The notes under the pieces: model-generated
Told to the model about the DNA's origin: nothing
Seen by the model: only the letters and a program-made list of their open reading frames with translations
Database searches by the model: none
Made by a program: the position numbers and the translations under genes
DNA from: Flavobacteriales bacterium
Lineage (GTDB): Bacteria > Bacteroidota > Bacteroidia > Flavobacteriales_D > Sanyastnellaceae
Length of the DNA stretch: 64,000 bases
Direction: 5' to 3'
Assembly (NCBI GenBank): GCA_044371535.1
Contig: JBILTL010000001.1
Coordinates: 9,668-73,667, forward strand
In this document: positions 54,001-62,293 of the stretch, piece after piece
Layout: every line of letters begins with the position of its first letter
Numbering within the stretch: the stretch's first letter is position 1

Positions 54001-55445
54001 TTGCGCTTTCAGACTATAGTCTTATTGAAATTGGTGTTACCTCTTGCACCTTCAGCAGCAACGCTATAGCAGCGCAAAAAAAGGGCGGAGTCTTCACCAT
54101 TCGTTGCACTGAATTTTCTCAGAATGGAACGGCGTTGGAAATTGGAAAAGGCTGCGTGCTAAACATGTCTTCCAGCAGCGCGGGTGGATACAATGTTTTC
54201 GAACTGAACGACGAGCACATTCATTTCTATCACAGCTCAACACCCTTGTTGAACAAAGGGTTTAACGTCTTCAGTGGAGCCACCGATTGCAATCTTTGCG
54301 GAAACATTGCAACCATCACTTCAACCAATTGCGCACCTATTGCATTAGCCAGTGCACAAAATGAATGGCTTCCTATTGCATCGGGTAGCTCAGGTATTTC
54401 AATTTACACTTCAAATGTTTGCGCAAACGGAAACCTTTGCTCAATCTTGCTAAGTCCATCTACCGCGGTTAATGCGCTATGCCCTTCGGTCATCGGAATT
54501 CTGAGTCCGACGAAGTCCCTTGCGCAAGCGAGCATTCAACAAAAAACACTTTCAGATTTGCCTGTGATTTCAACCACAGAATACGGACAAATGCCGTTAG
54601 ATTCTGCGCTCTCGTTGGCAGCAACTTTGGCTTACGCAACCGACAGTTTATTCGAAGGAAAACGTTCCATTAAACTCTTTCATGAAATTCTCACATCACC
54701 GTTGGATCGCGGCAACAGCGAGGTTCGCTCATTGTCGAACTGGGGAATAGGCATGATGAAAAAGATGATTGAAGAACTTGTTCTTCGCGGAGAAATAGTT
54801 CCAGAAAACAATTCAGAATCGTTCGAGATTTCAGTTCAACGTTATGTCAGCGCATTGAACGCTTGCACCGACAGCACCGTGAGTGACTCTTCCTTCCATT
54901 CACAATTCTGGATTGAACTTTCCAAAGCACAACTCTTTCGTTCGTTGGGAAATTCAAACTTGTGTCACGCCATTCTAGACCAACTGAACACCTGCAACAT
55001 CGAAGGGGAAGAATTAGAGGAACTGCTCTATTGGAAAGCCCTCACAGCCCATGAATTGAACAACACAACAGCGTTAACTTCGAACGTAAACGATTCAATC
55101 TTCACGAGTTTGAGCAATTCTAATTTTCCATTCGGAATTGAAATTCTTGGACCGCAAGAAGTCATGTTCTTTACCTGCTTTTCAGATGACAAGCAATTGG
55201 ATACTCATTCGGAAAAAATTATTCCTTCCATCAACAATGGCGAATTCAAACTGAAACTCGACAGGAAAAACAAATCTGTAAAATGGAAAATACTCTCGAC
55301 TTCAGGAAGTGTGATTGACGAAGGATTGGAGCAACAGTGCTCTGAGATTTCATTCGATGTGCTTTTTCCAAACGGAATTTACTTCTTACAATTTGTATTG
55401 GAAGATGGAAAGACGAAGACTGAAAAATTTGTAATTGAAAATTAA
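51066..55445 (+). CDS. Large T9SS-secreted protein with alpha/beta-hydrolase (lipase/esterase-like), beta-helix-like repeat and T9SS C-terminal sorting domains
   Basis: Signal peptide MKKISTLFLCFCSLINFAQS (ATG 51066). GxSxG nucleophile elbow GASMGG at 52050-52067. A long N/G/S-rich region has periodic hydrophobics. The C-terminal ~80 aa (GEFKLKL...GIYFLQFVLEDGKTKTEKFVIEN) looks like a type A Por sorting domain. Confidence 0.75.
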   Translation: MKKISTLFLCFCSLINFAQSTYTPVMKSTAFSQNLSKNNSLVFSKSQAAKDAFLFLCGKDSTHLYFPDYANHIRNLPNENNTTHLEVWDVQYTRESNNTADTSQFILSNSQGLTPGVHVFNTSNFIHSNYYSNTPIQAISFDDGITWNSLVNNSISIVVPSNTNWFSVAVKYSVNGKTKKTGIKFQVETKSLMNPDTAPWQVSSSFEIDTLLGNNFVKGNAYTLMSADGVFDKPFVFVEGIDFGTDHLPTRNGTFGWDAFSSGASTGQYAMLQLMPYWIDTLQQHGYDLVLIDFYDGARNIKENAALVEKVINLCNAHKNSTESIVVAGASMGGLISRYALRNMEIQNKQHCTRLYISLDAPHLGAYIPLSLQSTLHFMAPHSSEAHSFVYDKLKRPAAKQLLFYQWGIPDPLLPTEFLQFQSELSSLGLPQHCRNIAIANGNKNGIGLSANPGTPLLLESCNATSLLSGDEFRLKLFPLPGSTNDSESTDDYHILADLKLTEVDFDFLSMSISEYSAKPKVSASALPFDYSCGGYSTSIKEFVDAINENSSFSNACGNISSDFFQLYHNFVPTTSALHSSVNEPFTAINEEEIPFDNWYAPSGSNQPHSGINYGNLAFIAQEVFADELPNGHSVFRMNVENGSNFNFGKTGLQVLPSTIIENNAIVSVGALGESHSSLNSLVFPGDEVNIETGIDCGQGSIDIREGGSLLIGDANGTVNARLHVQQTTTINLQNNGTLFIHPNGQLILENNATLNLLGGTLQVEGKVVLLPGGKIVFSSGEVVLNNTAASVEFRGGQLHLTAQSNFNVEAILGGFDIYSSWNETDVIFESGSRMHVEGINSENTLLRIHEGAMFNEAGTANYIRFQNGRIELQENATLLSYQRMFFNNAEIIGAENALCQVDYNNVTFLNTSSNNCRIKSNYGKLSAVNSDFTNNSAISIRYGNYNFEECLFNASNLFSEHLKSLSKIKNSVFENNDVALSDYSLIEIGVTSCTFSSNAIAAQKKGGVFTIRCTEFSQNGTALEIGKGCVLNMSSSSAGGYNVFELNDEHIHFYHSSTPLLNKGFNVFSGATDCNLCGNIATITSTNCAPIALASAQNEWLPIASGSSGISIYTSNVCANGNLCSILLSPSTAVNALCPSVIGILSPTKSLAQASIQQKTLSDLPVISTTEYGQMPLDSALSLAATLAYATDSLFEGKRSIKLFHEILTSPLDRGNSEVRSLSNWGIGMMKKMIEELVLRGEIVPENNSESFEISVQRYVSALNACTDSTVSDSSFHSQFWIELSKAQLFRSLGNSNLCHAILDQLNTCNIEGEELEELLYWKALTAHELNNTTALTSNVNDSIFTSLSNSNFPFGIEILGPQEVMFFTCFSDDKQLDTHSEKIIPSINNGEFKLKLDRKNKSVKWKILSTSGSVIDEGLEQQCSEISFDVLFPNGIYFLQFVLEDGKTKTEKFVIEN

Positions 55446-56750
55446 TTAGAGATGCATGAGAATGTAAACTCCTGCACCGCTAAAGAAACCTAACATGGCC
55501 CAGAGTGAGATGTTCTTCAGGTACCACGTGAACGACATCTTCTCTAGCCCCATTGCAGCCACACCTGCGGCAGATCCAATGATGAGCATACTGCCGCCGG
55601 TGCCTGCAGTGTAGGCCAAGAAATGCCAGAACGTTCCGTCTTGTACAAAATGCGACGCCCATACATCGGTTGTACCAGCAGCTTCTACCGGATACATGCC
55701 AATGCTTGCTGCAACCAACGGAACGTTGTCTACAATAGCCGAAAGCACGCCAATCGCAATGTTTATCGCGTAGGTGTTGTTCAACTGTTCTTTCAACAAA
55801 AAGGACATTTGAGTCAAGTGTCCTGCTTCTTGCAACGCGCTTACGGAAAGTAGAATTCCCAAGAAGAAAAGAACCGAAGGCATGTCTATCTTTCGCAATG
55901 CACTCAACGCTGAATACTTCGCCTTGTCGGAATCCATTTGTCTTCCATTCATCAAATCAGTCACTAACCATAATACTCCGACAGAAATCATCATTCCCAT
56001 GAACGGAGGTAAATGCGTAAGCGTTTTAAAAACAGGAACGAAAAGTAATCCGCCCAATCCTAAAACAAACACAATCATCTGTTTCGAACGTGTCAAATCA
56101 GTTGTTGCAGATTCATGCGATTTAGGACGTTCTAAATTTCCCTTCAACACAAACGACAAAACAATCACAGGCACTAAAAGACTGATTAAGCTTGGTAAAA
56201 AAAGTTCTGATATTAAAGGGCCTGTTGTTAGTTGTCCACCAATCCAAAGCATCGTTGTCGTCACATCACCTATCGGACTCCAAGCCCCACCTGCGTTCGC
56301 TGCAATAACAATTACACCTGCGAAAAACCAACGCGACTTTTGATTACTAATGAGCTTGCGCGCAAGACTAACCATGACAATAGCAGTGGTTAAATTATCT
56401 AGCGCAGCTGACAGAAAGAACGAAAGCAAAGAAATAATCCACAACAACTTCACTTGACTCGTTGTTGAAATACGATCGGTGATAATCGCGAATCCGTTGT
56501 GCGCATCAATGATTTCAACAATGGTCATTGCTCCCATTAAGAATAACAAGATGCCTGAAATCTCTTCAATGTGATGACCTAAGCGACCTTCTAACACTTC
56601 ATGAGAAATGCCTGTTGGCGCGAGGACTAAAAGTGTCCAACACAAAACTCCTGCAATAAGCGCCGTCGCTGCTTTGTCAATTTTAACGGCGTGTTCAGCA
56701 GCAATAAGAATGTATGCGAGAACAAAAACAAATAAAATTGCTGTTATCAT
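55446..56750 (-). CDS. nhaD: NhaD/ArsB-type Na+/H+ antiporter
   Basis: 434 aa, about 12 TM segments, with conserved SAALDNLTT and SAIVDNVPLVAA paired motifs. Confidence 0.8.
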   Translation of the reverse strand: MITAILFVFVLAYILIAAEHAVKIDKAATALIAGVLCWTLLVLAPTGISHEVLEGRLGHHIEEISGILLFLMGAMTIVEIIDAHNGFAIITDRISTTSQVKLLWIISLLSFFLSAALDNLTTAIVMVSLARKLISNQKSRWFFAGVIVIAANAGGAWSPIGDVTTTMLWIGGQLTTGPLISELFLPSLISLLVPVIVLSFVLKGNLERPKSHESATTDLTRSKQMIVFVLGLGGLLFVPVFKTLTHLPPFMGMMISVGVLWLVTDLMNGRQMDSDKAKYSALSALRKIDMPSVLFFLGILLSVSALQEAGHLTQMSFLLKEQLNNTYAINIAIGVLSAIVDNVPLVAASIGMYPVEAAGTTDVWASHFVQDGTFWHFLAYTAGTGGSMLIIGSAAGVAAMGLEKMSFTWYLKNISLWAMLGFFSGAGVYILMHL

Positions 56751-57154
56751 TCTCCTTCAACTTTGGACGTTTTTAAATACATGCGAATATCGCTTTTCGC
56801 ACCCAACTGCATCACTTCCACTAAATCTTGAACAGGTAAATTTCTATCCATTGAAATGGAACAAGTGCTCTCCGGAAAAGTCTTTCCTATGTATTCCAAG
56901 CGCTGACCCAATTGCTCAACAGTCATTTTCTCTCCATCGAGATAGTAATCGTGATATTCATCTACCGCTAACTGTAACGACTTCTTGGGCTCGCGCTGCT
57001 GCGTCTCTCCTGCCTCTGGCAACAACACTTTAATGACATTCGGATTAGCAAGCGTTGAGAGAATTAGGAAAAACAAAAGCAAGAAGAACATAATGTCGTT
57101 CAACGCATGTGTGTTTACCACAGCACCTCGCTTCTTTCTTCTTTTTATATTCAT
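56747..57154 (-). CDS. exbD: ExbD/TolR biopolymer transport protein
   Basis: 135 aa with N-terminal TM segment ALNDIMFFLLLFFLI. Overlaps the exbB stop. Confidence 0.85.
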   Translation of the reverse strand: MNIKRRKKRGAVVNTHALNDIMFFLLLFFLILSTLANPNVIKVLLPEAGETQQREPKKSLQLAVDEYHDYYLDGEKMTVEQLGQRLEYIGKTFPESTCSISMDRNLPVQDLVEVMQLGAKSDIRMYLKTSKVEGE

Positions 57155-57807
57155 TTTCCTTGAAGGAATAATGTTTTAAGTTGAAGTGAATACTCCTCCA
57201 TTTGTGCTACAAACTTGTCTACTGAATTTTGTAGCAACTGATAAAAAACGAAGGCAATAATTCCAACCACCAATCCGCCTGCTGAGGAAACCATCTTTTG
57301 GTAAAGACCTTCAGAAATAACTCCAATGCTAATATCTGCTGTAGTTGAAATGTCGAAGAAGATAGTAATTACCCCGGCTATGGTTCCAATGAATCCCAAG
57401 AGCGGTGCAACACCGGCAACAATCGACAACACGTTTAATCTTCTTTCCAAATAAGCCACTTCAACATTGGCCGCTTGTTCCATCAACTTCTCTTGCTCGT
57501 CGCCAGAGATTTCGGTTAGCGCTGCATATTGAAAAATGCGCGACCATGCTGCGTTGTCTTCTTCACACAAACGCATGGCTTCTTTGTTGTTTCCAACTTT
57601 CAAAGCCGCTAAAAAACTTTCGAAATTGTTCTTCTTTCCAACACCTTGTTTGCCAAGAAAAAGGTAGCGCTCGATAACAATCACAATCGTTAAAATAGAG
57701 AGAAGCAATAGTGGAATCATTACCCATCCACCTTTGAAGATAAGGCCAATTAAATCCAACGATTTCTCGTAGGTTGCTCCATCCGGCGCGGCTTGCAAAT
57801 AGATCAT
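57151..57807 (-). CDS. exbB: MotA/TolQ/ExbB proton-channel protein
   Basis: 218 aa, three TM segments, with conserved GVAPLLGFIGTIAGVI and SEGLYQKMVSSAGGL motifs. Confidence 0.85.
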   Translation of the reverse strand: MIYLQAAPDGATYEKSLDLIGLIFKGGWVMIPLLLLSILTIVIVIERYLFLGKQGVGKKNNFESFLAALKVGNNKEAMRLCEEDNAAWSRIFQYAALTEISGDEQEKLMEQAANVEVAYLERRLNVLSIVAGVAPLLGFIGTIAGVITIFFDISTTADISIGVISEGLYQKMVSSAGGLVVGIIAFVFYQLLQNSVDKFVAQMEEYSLQLKTLFLQGK

Positions 57808-57808
57808 C

Positions 57809-59044
57809 TTAAACTAATTTTTTTAATGCAATTTCAAATGCGTGCTTCGAAACGAATAGTTCTTCGTTTCCTTGTTGATGAACATTTTTCAACGCTTCAC
57901 CAATAACTTTAGAAGTATCAGAGAAGATTCCTTCGTCAGACAAATCAACTTCAGAATCGCTCATCAAATAAGCGAAAACTCTCGCCATTCCACAATTCGA
58001 AATGAAATCTGGAACCACGCTGAAATGTGCATCGCACCATTCTGAAATAGGTCCGTAGAAGATTTGCTGATCTGCAAACGGAACATTCGCTCCACATGCA
58101 ATAACAGATACCCCCGCTTTGTGCATGCGCTCTGCCTGATCTTGACTCACCAAGCGCGATGCCGCGCATGGAAGGAATACATCGGCTTGAAGGTCCCAAA
58201 CTTTCGCATTAATTTCTTCGAACGAAAGCATTCCATCAGCAACCAATGTGTTATTCACGCGATTCAAAAACAAGGTGCGAATCTCTTCGAACGAATATCC
58301 GTTTTCGTTAATTACACCGCCTTTTCTGTCAATGATTCCAACAACAGAAGCACCGGCTTGACTCATATAGAACGCTGCAGCAGCACCTACATTTCCCCAA
58401 CCTTGAACAATCACTTTCTTCCCTACAAGACTCTTCTCATTTTTCCATATTTCGAAAAAATGACGAACGCTTTCCGCAACACCATAGCCCGTAATCATAT
58501 CGGCTACTTTGAATTTCATATTTACATCCGGTGAAAATTTCTCGTCTTCAATGATGCTAACAACGCCTCTTCTCAAATTTCCAATGCGCTTTACCTTCTG
58601 CGCTTCCGTAGGCTTGAAGTGTCCGTTGAACACACCTTCCTGCGGATGCCATACACCGCAATCTTCCGTCATTGGAATAACTTCATGAATCTCGTCTACG
58701 TTCAAATCGCCACCTGTTCCGTAGTAATGTTTCAATAAAGGAGTTACCGCAGCATACCAACGCTTCAACACTTCCTTCTTGCGAGGATCGGCCGGATCGA
58801 AATTAATTCCACTCTTCGCGCCACCAATTTGTGGTCCGCTAACGGTGAACTTCACTTCCATGGTTTTCGCCAATGACAAAACCTCGTGCTTGTCTAATCC
58901 AACTCTCATGCGGGTTCCACCACCTGCGGCTCCACCTCTTAACGAGTTAATCACTACCCAACCTTGTGCTTCTGTGAACGGATCGTTCCATTCAAAAACT
59001 ACTTCTGGTTTTTTATTTTCGTACTGCGATAATAAATCCTTCAT
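57809..59044 (-). CDS. Glu/Leu/Phe/Val-family amino acid dehydrogenase
   Basis: GGAAGGGTRM and catalytic-lysine block GPQIGGAKSG, with Rossmann motif VQGWGNVGAAAA. 411 aa. Confidence 0.9.
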   Translation of the reverse strand: MKDLLSQYENKKPEVVFEWNDPFTEAQGWVVINSLRGGAAGGGTRMRVGLDKHEVLSLAKTMEVKFTVSGPQIGGAKSGINFDPADPRKKEVLKRWYAAVTPLLKHYYGTGGDLNVDEIHEVIPMTEDCGVWHPQEGVFNGHFKPTEAQKVKRIGNLRRGVVSIIEDEKFSPDVNMKFKVADMITGYGVAESVRHFFEIWKNEKSLVGKKVIVQGWGNVGAAAAFYMSQAGASVVGIIDRKGGVINENGYSFEEIRTLFLNRVNNTLVADGMLSFEEINAKVWDLQADVFLPCAASRLVSQDQAERMHKAGVSVIACGANVPFADQQIFYGPISEWCDAHFSVVPDFISNCGMARVFAYLMSDSEVDLSDEGIFSDTSKVIGEALKNVHQQGNEELFVSKHAFEIALKKLV

Positions 59045-59083
59045 TCTCTTGTTAATTTAGACTTCACAAAACTAACACAAAAC

Positions 59084-59827
59084 ATGCGTTTAACGAGTAT
59101 TCCCTTCCTGTTTACAACAGTTCTATTGGCTTCGACTTTTCTAACTTCTTGCGCTTATGAAAAATCTGCTGCTTACGATTACGATAACAACACGAACGGA
59201 GGGTTTGAAAGACAGTACGACGGACTCTACGCTAACGCGAATTTAGAAGAAAGTAGAGATAAGGTTGACTTCAGCAGTCTCTCTGCAACGAAAGAATACA
59301 GCGGACCGAAAATGTTGGTGTACAATGCGAACATGGGATTAATCGTAAAGAATTCCGACACCACCATTTCACAAATCACCCGCATTGCGGAAGAGCAAAA
59401 AGGATATGTAGTTAGCAAAAGCAACTATCGAATCACCATTCGCATTGAATCTGAAAAACTAGAAAGCACTATCACGCAAGTCTCAAAGTTGGGTAAAATG
59501 ACGAGCAAGAGCGTTTCAACCACCGATGTTTCGGACAATTATGCCGACATTAAAATTCGTCTCGATAACGCAGAGAAAGCACGCACACGCTACCTCGAAT
59601 TACTTGCTAAAGCAGAAAACGTAGAAGCCGCGTTGAAAGTGGAAAAAGAACTCGAGCGCTTGAACACCGAGATTGATCAACTTCGCGGACAAATGATTAA
59701 AATGGAACACGACGTTCGCTTTTCAACTTTAACCGTTAGCGTGAATCAAAAACAAAAACTCGGACCGCTTGGATACCTTTTCGTTGGAATCGGAAAGGGC
59801 ATTGGTTGGTTATTTGTGCGCGGATAA
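59084..59827 (+). CDS. DUF4349-like lipoprotein
   Basis: Lipobox FLTSC, central coiled-coil (RLDNAEKARTRYLELLAKAENVEAALKVEKELERL) and a C-terminal TM segment. Confidence 0.65.
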   Translation: MRLTSIPFLFTTVLLASTFLTSCAYEKSAAYDYDNNTNGGFERQYDGLYANANLEESRDKVDFSSLSATKEYSGPKMLVYNANMGLIVKNSDTTISQITRIAEEQKGYVVSKSNYRITIRIESEKLESTITQVSKLGKMTSKSVSTTDVSDNYADIKIRLDNAEKARTRYLELLAKAENVEAALKVEKELERLNTEIDQLRGQMIKMEHDVRFSTLTVSVNQKQKLGPLGYLFVGIGKGIGWLFVRG

Positions 59828-59872
59828 ACAATTCTGCATTTCCTTTGTTTTGAAATAAAACTTAGGAAAATC

Positions 59873-62293
59873 ATGTTGCGTTCTGTTCTCGTTTTCATTG
59901 CATTCATCGCATGTTCAATTGCTTCTGCACAAAACGGAAGTATCTCTGGTGTCATCATTGACAAAAATGCCCAAACTCCGCTAATAGGCGCCACTATTCA
60001 GTTAGACAACACCCCGTTGGGAGCGATTTCCGACATCGATGGAAAATTCTACATCGAAAGAATTCAACCCGGAACCTACAATGTAAATATTTCATTGTTG
60101 AATTTTCTTCCGGTACAACTCTTCAACGTTGTAATTACAAACGGTAATACGAATACGTTCACTGTTGAATTGGAACGAAGTAGCGAGCAAATGAATACGC
60201 TAGAGATTAAACGCTACACCTACGGAAAAGCAACAGAGACGCCGCTTAGCGTGCAAAGCCTTACGGCAGAAGAGATTCGAAGCAATCCGGGCGGAAACTT
60301 CGACATCTCAAAAGTAATTCAAGCACTTCCCGGTGTTGGTGGACTTTCAGGAGCTGGTGAAAGAAATGATCTTCTGATTCGCGGAGGTGCACCAAGTGAA
60401 AACGTTTATTATTTAGATGGAATTGAAGTTCCGCAAATCAATCACTTCAGCACGCAAGGATCTTCAGGCGGGCCACAAGGAATTATCAATGTAAGTTTTA
60501 TTGAAACAGCTACGCTGAACAGCAGCAGCTTCAATGCGAAATACGACAACGCGCTTTCTTCTGTCCTTCAATTCAAACAACGAAACGGAAACGCGCAAGA
60601 GATTAAAGGAAATGGACGTGTATCAAGCACAGAAGTGGCGGGCACTTTAGAGGGTCCTATTGGAAAGAATACCACGTTCTTAGCTTCGGTTCGACGTTCG
60701 TATTTACAATACTTCTTTCAACTCATTGACCTTCCGATTCGTCCAAACTATTGGGATTTTCAATACAAAATCAACACACAGCTCAACAAGAAAAATACAC
60801 TTACCGCCATTGGCTTGGGTGCTATCGATGAGTTTTCATTTGCTGTTCCTAAAGAATCTGATGCAACGAAAGAGTACATCATTCGTTCGAATCCGAACAT
60901 CAACCAATGGAACTACACCGTTGGTGTTACCCTGAAACACACGCTTGAAAACGGTTACTACAATTTAAGTTTAAGTCGAAACATGTTCGAGAACAGACTT
61001 GACCGTTTCGAAGACAACGACGTAGAAAACGAATCGCGCAGAACATTGAAAAGCGTGAGCCAAGAAATCGAAAACAAATTGCGTTGGGAAGTGAATCAGT
61101 TCTTCGGCGATTGGAAAGTCGTTTACGGATTGTCTGCGCAATACGTGAAATACAACAACGACTTCTTCGCTAGACTAGCTCCAGCTATTTCAGATAGCAC
61201 AGGGGCTATTGTAGTTCCTCAAATCAATCTCTCATTCTACAACGCGATCGACTTCGCGCGATACGGTGCATTCGTCTCAATAAACAAAAAGATGTTCGGC
61301 GAAAGGCTTTCATTAACGGGCGGAATTCGCGCCGACATGAATTCCTTCACCACAACAGGAAACAATCCGTTAAACGCTCTCTCTCCGCGTGTAGCAGCAT
61401 CCTTCGCCATTAACGAGAAGTGGAACATGAATGCTTCTGTTGGAAGATATGCGAAGCTTCCGGTATACACGGTTCTTGGATTCAAACAAGATGGAAGGTC
61501 TGTCAATCGCGACAGCGAGTATATCCTGTGCGATCATTACGTATACGGATTCGAATTCCTTCCGAAAAACAGTTTACGCATGACCGCTGAAGGATTCTAT
61601 AAGCAATATAGCAACTACCCAGTTTCAGTAATCACGGGCGTTTCGCTTGCCAACCAAGGTTCAGCCTATGGTGCAATTGGAAACGAACAAGTGACTTCTA
61701 ATGGAAACGGACGCGCATACGGATTCGAGTTGTTCCTTCAACAAAAATTCACCAAGTCGTATTTCTTGACAGCTTCGTACACTTTCTTTAAAAGTGAATT
61801 CACAGGCGCTGACGGAAAATACGCACCTTCAGCATGGGACAATAGACATTTGCTTTCTGTTATTTTCGGAAAGAAATTCAAGAAAGGCTATGAGCTTGGC
61901 GTGAAGTACAGACTTGCGGGTGGAGCGCCTTACACGCCTTATGACATGGTTACTTCACAATTGAATTATGTAACTCTTGGAACAGGTTCATTCGACTTTA
62001 CACAACTGAACAGTCAGCGCTTGCCGGTATTCAACCAGTTAGATATTCGTATCGACAAGAAGATAAACTTCAAAAAATCATCACTCGACTTCTTCTTAGA
62101 CATTCAAAACGTAACCAACGCGAAGAGCTTCAGTCAAGATTTATATTCGTTCCAACGCAATGCCGACAACAGCGGTTTCGCAACCACCGACGGACAAGCC
62201 TTGCGTGCAGACGGAAGCAACGGAATACCAATTCTCATCCCCAATGTGAATGGAAGTATTCTTCCTGCGTTTGGAATTATTTATGATTTCTAA
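59873..62293 (+). CDS. TonB-dependent receptor with N-terminal CarboxypepD_reg domain
   Basis: Signal peptide, GSISGVIIDKNAQTPLIGATIQL carboxypeptidase-regulatory fold, plug motifs (IQALPGV, IRGGAPSENVYYLDG) and a C-terminal beta-barrel ending in an aromatic residue. Confidence 0.85.
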   Translation: MLRSVLVFIAFIACSIASAQNGSISGVIIDKNAQTPLIGATIQLDNTPLGAISDIDGKFYIERIQPGTYNVNISLLNFLPVQLFNVVITNGNTNTFTVELERSSEQMNTLEIKRYTYGKATETPLSVQSLTAEEIRSNPGGNFDISKVIQALPGVGGLSGAGERNDLLIRGGAPSENVYYLDGIEVPQINHFSTQGSSGGPQGIINVSFIETATLNSSSFNAKYDNALSSVLQFKQRNGNAQEIKGNGRVSSTEVAGTLEGPIGKNTTFLASVRRSYLQYFFQLIDLPIRPNYWDFQYKINTQLNKKNTLTAIGLGAIDEFSFAVPKESDATKEYIIRSNPNINQWNYTVGVTLKHTLENGYYNLSLSRNMFENRLDRFEDNDVENESRRTLKSVSQEIENKLRWEVNQFFGDWKVVYGLSAQYVKYNNDFFARLAPAISDSTGAIVVPQINLSFYNAIDFARYGAFVSINKKMFGERLSLTGGIRADMNSFTTTGNNPLNALSPRVAASFAINEKWNMNASVGRYAKLPVYTVLGFKQDGRSVNRDSEYILCDHYVYGFEFLPKNSLRMTAEGFYKQYSNYPVSVITGVSLANQGSAYGAIGNEQVTSNGNGRAYGFELFLQQKFTKSYFLTASYTFFKSEFTGADGKYAPSAWDNRHLLSVIFGKKFKKGYELGVKYRLAGGAPYTPYDMVTSQLNYVTLGTGSFDFTQLNSQRLPVFNQLDIRIDKKINFKKSSLDFFLDIQNVTNAKSFSQDLYSFQRNADNSGFATTDGQALRADGSNGIPILIPNVNGSILPAFGIIYDF

